From the IMG/VR virus record IMGVR_UViG_3300020045_002407, positions 1-49,342 of that record: a stretch of 49,342 bases of DNA; one strand, 5' to 3'. Under the pieces are notes generated by a model that worked only from the letters and a program-made list of their open reading frames with translations, was not told the origin of the DNA and made no database searches. The DNA is from a virus (taxonomy: Duplodnaviria > Caudoviricetes). A program made the translations under genes and the position numbers. Below are positions 34,150-43,683 of the stretch, one piece after another; position 1 is the stretch's first letter; each line of letters opens with the position of its first letter.

Positions 34150-34307
34150 TTGCACTTCCCACCTTTCTTGAGCCCACGTTTCTTGAGTTCGGCTGAGATA
34201 AGCTTCTTGTCCTCGGCCATGTCGTCATGCTTGATGGGCCCGCCGGATTTGCAAGCCTTCAGCCCGGGTTGGGCCGACTTGCTCAGCACTTTTGCCAAAT
34301 GTCCCAT
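34146..34307 (-). CDS. 53-aa basic protein with KSGG/KKGG motifs (not in ORF track)
   Basis: MGHLAKVLSKSAQPGLKACKSGGPIKHDDMAEDKKLISAELKKRGLKKGGKCK; AAGGA RBS; fills the gap exactly. Confidence 0.75.
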   Translation of the reverse strand: MGHLAKVLSKSAQPGLKACKSGGPIKHDDMAEDKKLISAELKKRGLKKGGKCK

Positions 34308-34315
34308 AGTAATCC

Positions 34316-34762
34316 TTAGGCAAGTAATAAAAGAAGCAGGGTTTCGTCGTTTGCAGCGCTCGGTGCTTCCTTCCGAGCTAACGGTGCTACTTTAGCATGT
34401 TTCAGAGCGGTTGTAAACTCTAACCACCTGACTATCTCAAATATGGTCGGTTGTGACTTCGCTGCCTCAGTCAGCGTGGCGCTTGGTGGCCTGTACGGTG
34501 CCAGCTTCGTCTGTGGCGGCGCTTCAAGCGGTTCTAGTAACCCGTCAGTTTTAAGTGAAGGCTCTTGGTACTTTAGGTACCTAATCCTAATCTTCGGCTC
34601 ATCTGGTATTGCTAGAATTGGAGCTTTGCGTTTGTTTAGCCACTCCTCTTGCAGCTGATACAGCGCAAGCCTCCAGTAGCCAGACCTAGCTGACTCTTCT
34701 ATACGCGTTAAGCCCCAAGTACCGCCCCATGATAGGCCCCACGATAAGCCCCACGAGTTCAT
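34316..34762 (-). CDS. hypothetical protein with SWGx repeats
   Basis: MNSWGLSWGLSWGGTWG; C-terminal DETLLLLLLA. Confidence 0.65.
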   Translation of the reverse strand: MNSWGLSWGLSWGGTWGLTRIEESARSGYWRLALYQLQEEWLNKRKAPILAIPDEPKIRIRYLKYQEPSLKTDGLLEPLEAPPQTKLAPYRPPSATLTEAAKSQPTIFEIVRWLEFTTALKHAKVAPLARKEAPSAANDETLLLLLLA

Positions 34763-35247
34763 AGTGGCCGCCAGTGATTCGGTGGCTCTAGCCCCAACCC
34801 TGTGATCGGGGTATCGTTTACGGCTTTGACGTTAGCCTGGAAGGTCGTGCCCTGCATCGCAGCGAGGACAGCAGAGGCGATGGATTCAGCGCTTGGGCCT
34901 GCGGCCCCTGTTGTGCTGTACCCGATAGCAATGCCGGGGTCTTGGTAGCGTACATTTGCCACCGCGCCGCCGAATGGATCACGGTCGTCGTAGGTCTTGA
35001 GCGTTCCGTCGTAGATAATCGTCGGAGAAGTGTTGTCAACAACTACCATCGTCACGCCGTCAGCCATGAACAGGTAGAACGGAATGTCCGATGTGTCCAT
35101 CCCTACCGTAAACAGCATTTGATGGTGTTTTGAGTTGTCCCCAGTGGACATCCAGTCGATGTACTGCGTCCAGATCGCACGCACGGATACCATCCCCGGC
35201 ATACCGAGGGTGATGGTGCGTGCCTGTCCGTCAAACGTGATCGTCAC
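34759..35247 (-). CDS. hypothetical structural protein
   Basis: GTG start with GGGG RBS; GPSAESIASAV motif. Confidence 0.6.
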   Translation of the reverse strand: MTITFDGQARTITLGMPGMVSVRAIWTQYIDWMSTGDNSKHHQMLFTVGMDTSDIPFYLFMADGVTMVVVDNTSPTIIYDGTLKTYDDRDPFGGAVANVRYQDPGIAIGYSTTGAAGPSAESIASAVLAAMQGTTFQANVKAVNDTPITGLGLEPPNHWRPL

Positions 35248-35256
35248 GACTACCCC

Positions 35257-36636
35257 TTACGGATTCAGGTAGCCAAGGTCAGATTCAGCCGCAAAGCTGA
35301 TGTTCTGGCCTACTGCCCTAGTCAGGGTGTAAGTAACGAACCGTGGTTTGGTTGATCCCTTCTTGAGTGCGAAGATTTTCAGAAGAACGGGCGTACCCGC
35401 CGTTCCAGCCCCACGCTGAACATTGGAGTCAAAAGCGTAATCGAAGCTGATACCTGCTGATCCAATCGTGCCTGCGATGTCATCGCCAGTAGCGTCTTGT
35501 ACCGTGAGTGCTGATACTTCACCAAAATTATTCCCGACAGCCGCGCCACTAGCAAAGAATGCTCGATAGACACCACCAACAAACGAATCATCGAATACCA
35601 GCGATCCAGCAGAGGTAAAGGGGAAGCGCCGCTCTGTCCCGCTATCATCGATAAATACGATGCGGTTGATATCATTGGCGTTGTAGCTGTCGATGTACCC
35701 GCGTACATAAAGGGTGTCACCGACAAACCACATGATCGAATCCGTCGTCTTGCCTGTGATAATCCCGGCATTCCCACCAACATTGATGTTGCTGTTCTGG
35801 CGCAGAAGGTATTGATGCTTGGCATAGATTTGTTCTGCCGTGCCGTTGTTTCCGGCAATGATGCGCGAGAACAATCGACCGGGCGCATCAACCGTGCGCG
35901 ACTGACCAGCAGAGTAGTAACCAATCGTGATGCCTGTGTAGGGAGCACCCGCCATGGCCGCATCTGCCGCGGCCTGAACCGAGCCAAGCAACTCAGTCAG
36001 CTTGGTATCTGGCGACACATTGATGGCAAAACCGAGTTTGTACGGCCCTGTCGCCGTTTCAAAAATGTCGGCAAGAACGGTATCGTCAAAGGTGACACCA
36101 TACTCACGACAGAACACCTTGAAGAATGCCCTGTGGTCAAAGTTGCCGTTGGTCGCGTCTCCGAATACCTGAATAGCCTGATTTGGCGCGTCTGTGTAGG
36201 CGAAGTTGATTGGCGACCCTGCCGCTTCTTTCTTGTAGTACATCTGTGCGCCAGATGGAGCACCTGACGCCCCGACCACGCCCCCGACATAGACTCGGGC
36301 CAAAACGCCAGCAGACGAGTATTCTGCCCATCCGATATTCCGTATGTACTGCCGCGTTGCGTCGTCTTCAGGCTTCCATCCGTTGTAAGTTGCGCCATCG
36401 TAACCAATAGCGAACATCCCGGCACGTGGATCACCAACAACATAGAACGGAAAATCATACTTGTTGTACGCCACCGTTTCCCAAAGCTCGATGAACTTTG
36501 AGTACAGTGCTCGACCATCACAACCATCCTTGGCAACAAGGTTTCCTGCGACGTTGAGCCGGAACGTTTTGGCCGCTGGGGTAATCGTCAGTTCAGTGCC
36601 GACGTTCAGTGAATCAGGATCAATAATCATTGCCAT
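35257..36636 (-). CDS. putative tail/spike-associated protein
   Basis: 459 aa; MAMIIDPDSL...ALYSKFIELW; GGAG RBS; in second receptor-binding block. Confidence 0.55.
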   Translation of the reverse strand: MAMIIDPDSLNVGTELTITPAAKTFRLNVAGNLVAKDGCDGRALYSKFIELWETVAYNKYDFPFYVVGDPRAGMFAIGYDGATYNGWKPEDDATRQYIRNIGWAEYSSAGVLARVYVGGVVGASGAPSGAQMYYKKEAAGSPINFAYTDAPNQAIQVFGDATNGNFDHRAFFKVFCREYGVTFDDTVLADIFETATGPYKLGFAINVSPDTKLTELLGSVQAAADAAMAGAPYTGITIGYYSAGQSRTVDAPGRLFSRIIAGNNGTAEQIYAKHQYLLRQNSNINVGGNAGIITGKTTDSIMWFVGDTLYVRGYIDSYNANDINRIVFIDDSGTERRFPFTSAGSLVFDDSFVGGVYRAFFASGAAVGNNFGEVSALTVQDATGDDIAGTIGSAGISFDYAFDSNVQRGAGTAGTPVLLKIFALKKGSTKPRFVTYTLTRAVGQNISFAAESDLGYLNP

Positions 36637-36647
36637 GGGGTGCTCCG

Positions 36648-37037
36648 TTAGGCCGGGTTGTTGTAGCCAAGATCAGGCTGCGGGAAGATCGGGATGGTTT
36701 GTTCCCCGACCTTACTTACGTAGGGGAATTTCTGCCAGCGTAGGCCACGCTTGATAATCGTGATCAGGACCGTGTTGTTCGGGCTTCCTGCTGCATAGAC
36801 CGGCCATGACAGCGTGTGATTCGTGTTGCATGACTCAACACCCGTCAACTCGGTTCCGTCAGGGAGGTAGACGTGAATCTCACTCCCCTCAATCACACCG
36901 TCGAACGTGACCGAGGTTGATCCAATCGGATCAGTCGGAAGCCTTGCCGCGATAAATGAAACGCCAACGCAGCCGGGGACTCTGGACGTTCTCGATACAC
37001 CGGTTACTGTGATAAGGCCGTGAGGTAACGAACTCAT
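36648..37037 (-). CDS. hypothetical structural protein
   Basis: VIEGSEIHVY...GVES...QPDLGYNNP; C-terminus resembles the SDLGYLNP end of the next gene. Confidence 0.6.
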   Translation of the reverse strand: MSSLPHGLITVTGVSRTSRVPGCVGVSFIAARLPTDPIGSTSVTFDGVIEGSEIHVYLPDGTELTGVESCNTNHTLSWPVYAAGSPNNTVLITIIKRGLRWQKFPYVSKVGEQTIPIFPQPDLGYNNPA

Positions 37038-38485
37038 CACGTCACCACAATCTCAGGATCGACAAAAACGACTTGGGACGTGTTAGCTGCCACAAGCGTT
37101 GTTCTTAAATTAACAACAATCGCAGTGTCTTGCTTTATCGCGCTGGAAGTCGTTACCTCAATCTTTCGCTGATCGAAAGAAGATAAATACCACGAGTTAC
37201 TAGACCAATTAGCTAAAGGAGCAGAATCAATCTCCGTCGCTGACCCGAGGATAAAGCTGCTATCGACGTGGGCTACATCGTCCGTATCAACATAGGCTAC
37301 GTCGATCCACGTATTGGCTTTAGTTGCCGTGAACGTAGACTCAACGAGCAGATTAAGCGCAACTGTCTTAACTCCACTAGCTGCCTGAGATACAGCGCTG
37401 ATCGGTAGCGAACAGGGAAACGATAAGGTTGGGGCTCTAGGGAAAAGCCGCCACGACCAATTGGTGCCTACGCTGTCAGGCAGAGTTGCGGATAGCTTAG
37501 GTGGGTAGTTGTCAGACCGGGACGTAACATAGCCCCACGTCCTTTCATAATGACCACCAAGCCCGTTATCACAACCAATAATATCCAACTCGGCCGCTTG
37601 CGATATAAACTCAGCCCCAGCGGAGTGCACCGACATAGTATTAGGGAATTGAAACCCTACAAACCGCATCAGTGCATGGGTTGCGGTATAAGAAGAGGCC
37701 TTATAGATTAAGGCTTGGCTGCTTGTTGCTCCCGCTCCTGAAACACGGCCCCCGAACACCTCAACAGGGTTGGCATATCCGCTAACCGCATTGAATAGCG
37801 CTTGCCCATTGACCCTAGGGGCAAGCAATGTAATTTTAGGATTGATGAGGGTTGCGCAGCCATTCGTGCCGTGGTGGAACAGGCCTACGCCCGAGACGGA
37901 TGATCCGACTATTCCGCAAACTACATTAGGATTGATGAGCAAACCACCCACCGCTGAATTGCCCCCTACGCTAATGCTAGTAGAATTCGATCCCGTCTTG
38001 GCCGACCAGTCGAATTTTGCATTCTTTACCAGACTGCCAATCGTTGTAACCATTGGTCCGTCAGTTGGATTAGTGCTGGGCGAATATAAGACAAGCGCAT
38101 CCGGGGTCTGCGCATAGAAGGCGTTGTAGGGCCGGAACGTAACTGCATAATTACTAGCGCCGTGGTTATAGGTAATAGTCCCGTCTATTCCCGGCCATAC
38201 GGACCCGTTGTCAATAATCCACGTTATCCAATTTGTCGCTGTCGCTACGGAGCTTCCAAGGCTTGTAGCCGCCGCCAGTGTTCTCATAATATCTGCCCCT
38301 GCTGCATCCTTGGACCGAATATTGACCACATCACTAGCGGCAAGCACCGCAGGAGCAGGCCAAGGCGTTCCTTCGGCGTAGATCATGCTATTAAGGGCAC
38401 CTACCCCGCCAGTGCTTGTCGCCTCGACGTTACTTGTGCCGTCTCCGCAATAGGCTGCTAGGTGGATGATGTATTTATTAGCCAC
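37037..38485 (-). CDS. putative tailspike (beta-helix-like)
   Basis: 482 aa, Gly/Ser/Thr/Asn-rich, beta-strand periodicity, C-terminal FVDP. Confidence 0.55.
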   Translation of the reverse strand: MANKYIIHLAAYCGDGTSNVEATSTGGVGALNSMIYAEGTPWPAPAVLAASDVVNIRSKDAAGADIMRTLAAATSLGSSVATATNWITWIIDNGSVWPGIDGTITYNHGASNYAVTFRPYNAFYAQTPDALVLYSPSTNPTDGPMVTTIGSLVKNAKFDWSAKTGSNSTSISVGGNSAVGGLLINPNVVCGIVGSSVSGVGLFHHGTNGCATLINPKITLLAPRVNGQALFNAVSGYANPVEVFGGRVSGAGATSSQALIYKASSYTATHALMRFVGFQFPNTMSVHSAGAEFISQAAELDIIGCDNGLGGHYERTWGYVTSRSDNYPPKLSATLPDSVGTNWSWRLFPRAPTLSFPCSLPISAVSQAASGVKTVALNLLVESTFTATKANTWIDVAYVDTDDVAHVDSSFILGSATEIDSAPLANWSSNSWYLSSFDQRKIEVTTSSAIKQDTAIVVNLRTTLVAANTSQVVFVDPEIVVT

Positions 38486-38903
38486 GTAGAACCTCCGTCA
38501 CTTCTTCTGCATCCATGCCGCCGAGGGCGACATACAGGCCAAGGCCCGGAATCCAGCGCGGATCATCAAGGTCGACGGACGTGGCGGCGTGGTAATTGGC
38601 AAAGGCTGTGCGTATATCGTCTTTCTGATCGTCAGTTAGATAGGCATAGCCTTCGAACTGTGCTTCAAAACGGTCTATCCACTTTAGCGTGGCTTCGGAG
38701 AACAAGGATCGGAATTCAAGTTCCGTCAGGATTCGCCGACCGTTGAATTTCGTTGTTGAGACAGGCTGCGCGTCATCGTTAAGCTCAGCGTGATCGTACT
38801 CAGTGAGTGAATAACTAACCCCATTGATCTGCTCAACAACCTGCGTCGAGCAGTAGCGCGTTATTTCGTTTCCTGTTGTTTTTTCAACCACTCTGTAGAT
38901 CAT
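38478..38903 (-). CDS. putative fibre/spike assembly chaperone
   Basis: ILTELEFRSLF...AATSVDLDDP; similar in type to 24342-24758. Confidence 0.6.
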   Translation of the reverse strand: MIYRVVEKTTGNEITRYCSTQVVEQINGVSYSLTEYDHAELNDDAQPVSTTKFNGRRILTELEFRSLFSEATLKWIDRFEAQFEGYAYLTDDQKDDIRTAFANYHAATSVDLDDPRWIPGLGLYVALGGMDAEEVTEVLRG

Positions 38904-38935
38904 ACTCGGTACTCCGATGCGTCAAACAGATGCTG

Positions 38936-39142
38936 TTAGCTGTTGATGTAGCTGGTTTCGCAGTGCGCCACGTCAAAGAACAAGCAATTGATGAGCGTAA
39001 TCCATCCAGTTCGCTGCACGCGCCACACGTAGCTTGGGGTCGGCTCAGTCGGGTAGCACTCACTGAAAAATGCGGTGCCGAGGAAGATATCGAGCGCCAG
39101 CAGGATGCGGTTCGGCTTCTGGCGGAGATCGATATCACTCAT
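38936..39142 (-). CDS. small tail-fibre-associated protein
   Basis: LALDIFLG...YPTEPTPSYVWR...INCLFFDVAHC; similar to 24115-24345. Confidence 0.6.
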   Translation of the reverse strand: MSDIDLRQKPNRILLALDIFLGTAFFSECYPTEPTPSYVWRVQRTGWITLINCLFFDVAHCETSYINS

Positions 39143-39657
39143 GGCGCGTACCCTGGTTGGCTCTCGATGTCTGCTTGCAAACTGTTCAGCATCAGGGTGG
39201 TAACTGCACAGTCGTTTACTACGGGGTCTTCCGCTGCTGCTTCGGGTCCAGTAAAAACTGTGTCGGTGCTGGCTTCATCAGCTCGCTCGGCGGCCGGTAG
39301 ACTGATACCTGCAGCACAGGTGGATTGCTTGAGCACCCGGACACCACACTTACCAGCAGCAACGCAGCGACGGTACACATCACCGTCACTGACAGCCCGT
39401 GCAAGATCCTGACTAGCCTGTGCATATTGCTCACTTGCCTGTTTGCGCTCAATGTCTGCTGCATGTTGTGCCTCCTGAAAAATGCGAACTTGTTCTTGCT
39501 GATAAGCGACTAGCTCTTGTTTTGCAGCCGTAATACGAACACCTTGAAACTTCCATGCAGCTGTTCCACCAGTTGTCGCACCGAATAGGAACACGGCCAG
39601 GACTGCACCAACAAAGATCAGCGGATTCCCCGCGAACAACGCAAGCAGTCTGGTCAT
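39139..39657 (-). CDS. Rz-like inner-membrane spanin
   Basis: N-terminal TM helix, coiled coil, nested lipoprotein ORF, downstream of endolysin. Confidence 0.8.
   Translation of the reverse strand: MTRLLALFAGNPLIFVGAVLAVFLFGATTGGTAAWKFQGVRITAAKQELVAYQQEQVRIFQEAQHAADIERKQASEQYAQASQDLARAVSDGDVYRRCVAAGKCGVRVLKQSTCAAGISLPAAERADEASTDTVFTGPEAAAEDPVVNDCAVTTLMLNSLQADIESQPGYAP
39219..39425 (-). CDS. Rz1-like outer-membrane spanin nested in Rz
   Basis: AALLLVSVVSG-C lipobox followed by a Pro-rich tail; start 39425 or 39380. Confidence 0.75.
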   Translation of the reverse strand: MHRLVRILHGLSVTVMCTVAALLLVSVVSGCSSNPPVLQVSVYRPPSELMKPAPTQFLLDPKQQRKTP

Positions 39658-39849
39658 TTAAGCTACTCCTTTAGTTTTGTACCCTGGAAACTTCAGTCCC
39701 ACGCAGTTATTCAAATCTTTGCATCCACGAGTGCAATCTTCAGGCCTCCTAGCTGGCTTACCATCGCGAGGTACATAGCCGAGCACGCAGCGCTGAACCT
39801 CTGCATGATTCTTTACTAGTGCGTCTTTATAACTATCTGTTTTCGGCAT
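39658..39849 (-). CDS. small Cys-containing hypothetical protein
   Basis: Fills the gap between the holin-like gene and Rz. Confidence 0.5.
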   Translation of the reverse strand: MPKTDSYKDALVKNHAEVQRCVLGYVPRDGKPARRPEDCTRGCKDLNNCVGLKFPGYKTKGVA

Positions 39850-40060
39850 AGATCTTAAATACCCAACCGGCGAAGAACGTGGCAGGTGCTTGTGCCGCTG
39901 CAATTATAGCGGCAGTCTCCAATCCAACCAGCTTGCTTGAAACTGCAAACAGCATGCCCCACCTGGCTACGTCCATCAACATATACATCGCTAAGGCCAT
40001 CAGTATCGTCGCCCGAATGTGATGTCGCTCCAGTATCTCTTCTAGCTTCTGGCTTGTCAT
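39833..40060 (-). CDS. putative holin
   Basis: 75 aa with about two hydrophobic segments, next to endolysin. Confidence 0.6.
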   Translation of the reverse strand: MTSQKLEEILERHHIRATILMALAMYMLMDVARWGMLFAVSSKLVGLETAAIIAAAQAPATFFAGWVFKIYAENR

Positions 40061-40072
40061 ACATCTTAGGCT

Positions 40073-40486
40073 CTAAGGATAAAATACGCGGCGGCCCGAC
40101 TTCGGGGCTTTTATGGTCCAATGACTCCAATGCAGTGTAGAGTCTGGATGCTCTATATAAATACCACAGCTCTCTAACCTATCAAGATTTCTAAAGCACC
40201 ACTCATCGATTTTGCCGTCAGGGTCATACCTATCAACGGCGAGACCTTCTTTGTGACTTGACTGCGGGGCTCCTTGTGGGCAATTCTGTGGCCGGAAGCC
40301 ACCGAAAGTGTTGCCACTGATGCCGTTTCCAGTGGATGGATTATTTGGAAAAAGAACTCCGTCAGCTCGCGCCAACCCCTCAAGCCGACTACACGATATC
40401 AATAAAGTGGCCGCATTAGCTTGCCGCTGCAATGTCCAATCAGGCGAATCGGCGTGCACCCCGGCATACTGCGTAAGTGTAATCAT
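40073..40486 (-). CDS. endolysin, peptidase M15 family
   Basis: GFRP...SSHKEGLAVD...WSHW Zn-peptidase motif (SxH-x6-D...H). Confidence 0.85.
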   Translation of the reverse strand: MITLTQYAGVHADSPDWTLQRQANAATLLISCSRLEGLARADGVLFPNNPSTGNGISGNTFGGFRPQNCPQGAPQSSHKEGLAVDRYDPDGKIDEWCFRNLDRLESCGIYIEHPDSTLHWSHWTIKAPKSGRRVFYP

Positions 40487-40891
40487 CTAGCCCCCAAGCT
40501 TGGCTCGTGCAGCAGCCACTATCGCATCCCATGTGGATACGGCCAAAAATCCAAAGAAAGCTATTAAGGCCCAGGTTAGTGTTGACTGGCTAACTTTTTC
40601 CATCATCTTCCCACGCTTGCTTTGATTGACGATTAGAATATCTACGAACTTGGCCCTATCTTCCATAGCTTGCATACCACCAAGTCTCTTCATAAAGGCG
40701 TCTTGCTCAGCATCTCTTTCATCTTCACGCTTAGTATGCGGTAACAAGCAAGCGGTGAGTCGATTTATGGAGAAGAGCATTAAACGATCAATCTCCCGTC
40801 TGTCGCCTTTAAGGTACACTTCAATTTCTTCGTCACTTAAAATATGCGGGGGGAAGTCCATTTTGTCCTCTCTACGACGACCGTCGGCCAT
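40487..40891 (-). CDS. membrane protein (holin/antiholin candidate)
   Basis: GRRRED N-terminus; single C-terminal TM helix; upstream of endolysin. Confidence 0.55.
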   Translation of the reverse strand: MADGRRREDKMDFPPHILSDEEIEVYLKGDRREIDRLMLFSINRLTACLLPHTKREDERDAEQDAFMKRLGGMQAMEDRAKFVDILIVNQSKRGKMMEKVSQSTLTWALIAFFGFLAVSTWDAIVAAARAKLGG

Positions 40892-40892
40892 A

Positions 40893-43625
40893 TCAGCCCT
40901 CTATGACTGAAATAGCTCCGATCGGTCTACCTTGCAAATCTTTTTCTATGGTAGTCCTTCGGGGTTGCTGGAGAGTCTGTATTGTTGCTTGCAGCCCCTG
41001 TACTACTGTCGCTAAGGCATCATTATTCTTGCTTTGGCCAATCTGATCGAGCAAGTTTTGCATCTTCTCAACATGCGATGACATATCGGGGACAGTACTA
41101 GCAGCGGACTGGGGAGCCACAGACATCTGCTGTTGCAGGTTTTGGAAGCCTTCCTGTAATGCGATCTTGAGTTTAGTCTCATTGTCATCACGGTTTTTGA
41201 GAAGTTCAGTCATCTGTTTCTGCTCATTGTCAGCACGATTGTTCATCGTCTCAATTTGCACCGCTAGCTGACTAGTACGATCCTCCATTGCTAGCCGTTG
41301 CTGCTCAATGTACTGATTGAACTGGCTCTGCATGCCCTCAAGCTTAAGCTCTGCTTGCGCCATGGCTTGGCTTGCCTGCTCTTGCGCATTCTTAAAGGCC
41401 AACGTGGCTTGGTCAAGCTTCTCTTTACGCCCAATGTCCATCTTAGCAATCTCGATGCTGGCTTGTACTTCCGGGGGCATCTGCGGAGGCGGCATTTTAG
41501 ATTGAATGACGGGCTGCAGCTCGGCTATCGTTCGCATGGCTGCACTTAGCATTTCTACTAACTTAGGCGCTGTCTGACCAATAGCAGTCATGACTGCTGC
41601 GTCCGGCGTAATCTGCACGCCGCTCATTGACACATTTTGTAACACTGCCTGCGCTTGCTGCATAATGACGCCCTGCTCAAATAGCATTATGTGCTGCTGC
41701 ACATGCGAGAGTATTGCCCCTAGTGGCTGCCCTTGTACCAGCGGATTCTGCAGCACAACTGGGTTAGACAGGTACAGTAAGTGCGCTTGGATATGCGCCA
41801 TGTGATCCTGATTTTCCACAGCCAAAATCATTTTGCCGCTCATCGCCGCAACCATCTCGGTCATTGGGTCGGCAGTTACTGGCTTCTGCACTGGCGGGAG
41901 TATCTCGTCGATGTTGTCAATGCGCATCTGCTTGAGCATGCGCCGCCGAATAGCAACCTTATTCCAGGGCACCGACGGGTCTTGCGCATCTTGCGCTTGC
42001 ATCTGGCCTAACGCTTGATTTTGTGCGTAGCGCTGGGCTTCTGAGAAGATCGAGGGGTCTGACACTGGAATAACATCCAGTGAGCCAATGAAATCCTCAC
42101 GACGAATTATCAGCTTGCCAAGGTCTTCAATTTCCTGCTCTTCATCAAGCCAGGTGCCATTGATGCGATGGATGATCTGCAGAGCACGCTTTTGGCTTTC
42201 ATGCAGTCTAGCATGAATTGCCGAGTAGATCGTGCTACCTTGCTCAATAACTGCTTGCGTGGTGCCCACTGGCGTACGATCGCCAATATTGGCAATCGCG
42301 CCTTCAGCAGTGCGCACGACGCCCTTAGCGGCATCTGTCAACCAACCGAGTAACTGGAACAGGATCGTGCTAGGCGGATTAAACGGCACAGCCATCAACA
42401 ACTTGCGAATATCATCAAGTCCAGCTGGCCCAGTAATTTCTGTAATGCCTGTGGCTTTAATAGCAATATTCTGCCCAGTAGTGCCATTTCCCTTTAGCTT
42501 AAGCAAGCCAGGTAGGTTGTTGATATGCGCTGAATCTAGCAGCGCCCTTAGCGCGCCTGTAGCGGCGGCGCTCAGTGACCCAATCAATTGCGGGAAGCCG
42601 ATGGCGTAAGCACCGCGCCATGGAATGAACTTCCACTCAACTATCCAGTCAAGCTTCTCAAATGACGAATCTTTTTCGTCCCAGTTACGGTAGACAGCCA
42701 GCACTTTTTGGGAGTACGCATCCGTGGTAACAATGTACGGCGCTAGGTCACCCGCAAGCTTGTCGCCTGGGATTTCGTCCCAAACATACGTCTCATAGAC
42801 GTCACGTAGGCCGTCCTCGTTGTAGGCCTCTTCTTCCTTGCCTTCAATCTTGTCGTTGGCTCTGGCGGAGTCTGTTTGATCTGCCAGTATGTCCACGTCA
42901 CTGAGGTCTAGGTCTCTATACAGCCCAGATTTGACACGCTGCTTGAATTCTTGCCGAGTAATGTGCTGTACGTGCGTAACCCGTGGCGCGGAGTAGAACG
43001 ACTTGGCTGAATACGGTATATGTATGTCGTCGATCGGAACGAACTCACTATCCGGTCGGTCGAAACGAGCATCATACTTAAATTTTTGAAACTGTGACCC
43101 GCCCAACGGGAGCTGTGTCAAAAGTTGTTCCAGCTCACTTCTGTACTCTGGCATCTGCGTTGTGAGCTGCCAGTTCATGAAAGTGCGCTTACGCTCTGCT
43201 CGGTCAAGCTGTACGTCGGTCAGTGTGCCGACTGTAGCTGTCTTAACTGGGCCTTGCGGTGGGAAGAGCTCTTTGATAGCTCTTGCGGCGAAGTCAACAC
43301 ACGCTTCGGCCATCACGGGATGCACTACATCAGACGCGCCTTCAAAATCGGCGCCACCTGGCGCATCATCGCCCATACCTGTGCGGCGGAGACCGTCTTC
43401 GTATTGCTTATCACGTTTCTTGCGTGCTTCGATATCCCGTTGAATGTCCTCATACAGGTCATTACCTAGCACGGTAAGGAACTTCCCATCAAGAACTTCG
43501 GCTAGGTTCTCTTGAAATTCTCCACTGTACTCGGCGCTTGCCTCGTCATCAATGATGTCTACGCTACCATCATCGTTTTCAATGATTCCGTCCTGAGGCA
43601 AGTCAAGATCTGTAATAGGGTCCAT
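40893..43625 (-). CDS. portal protein
   Basis: HPVMAEACVDF, ELFPPQGPVK, LPLGGSQF, PVGTT, DVIPVSDP; long coiled-coil barrel; start moved to ATG 43625. Confidence 0.9.
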   Translation of the reverse strand: MDPITDLDLPQDGIIENDDGSVDIIDDEASAEYSGEFQENLAEVLDGKFLTVLGNDLYEDIQRDIEARKKRDKQYEDGLRRTGMGDDAPGGADFEGASDVVHPVMAEACVDFAARAIKELFPPQGPVKTATVGTLTDVQLDRAERKRTFMNWQLTTQMPEYRSELEQLLTQLPLGGSQFQKFKYDARFDRPDSEFVPIDDIHIPYSAKSFYSAPRVTHVQHITRQEFKQRVKSGLYRDLDLSDVDILADQTDSARANDKIEGKEEEAYNEDGLRDVYETYVWDEIPGDKLAGDLAPYIVTTDAYSQKVLAVYRNWDEKDSSFEKLDWIVEWKFIPWRGAYAIGFPQLIGSLSAAATGALRALLDSAHINNLPGLLKLKGNGTTGQNIAIKATGITEITGPAGLDDIRKLLMAVPFNPPSTILFQLLGWLTDAAKGVVRTAEGAIANIGDRTPVGTTQAVIEQGSTIYSAIHARLHESQKRALQIIHRINGTWLDEEQEIEDLGKLIIRREDFIGSLDVIPVSDPSIFSEAQRYAQNQALGQMQAQDAQDPSVPWNKVAIRRRMLKQMRIDNIDEILPPVQKPVTADPMTEMVAAMSGKMILAVENQDHMAHIQAHLLYLSNPVVLQNPLVQGQPLGAILSHVQQHIMLFEQGVIMQQAQAVLQNVSMSGVQITPDAAVMTAIGQTAPKLVEMLSAAMRTIAELQPVIQSKMPPPQMPPEVQASIEIAKMDIGRKEKLDQATLAFKNAQEQASQAMAQAELKLEGMQSQFNQYIEQQRLAMEDRTSQLAVQIETMNNRADNEQKQMTELLKNRDDNETKLKIALQEGFQNLQQQMSVAPQSAASTVPDMSSHVEKMQNLLDQIGQSKNNDALATVVQGLQATIQTLQQPRRTTIEKDLQGRPIGAISVIEG

Positions 43626-43649
43626 TGCGCAGCCTTTATGAATGTTTCT

Positions 43650-43677
43650 ATTATACGGCAATTTCCTTCAAAGTAAA
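43650..43677 (-). promoter_or_regulatory. sigma70-type promoter for portal
   Basis: TTTACT, 16 nt, TATAAT. Confidence 0.55.
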
Positions 43678-43683
43678 TACAAT

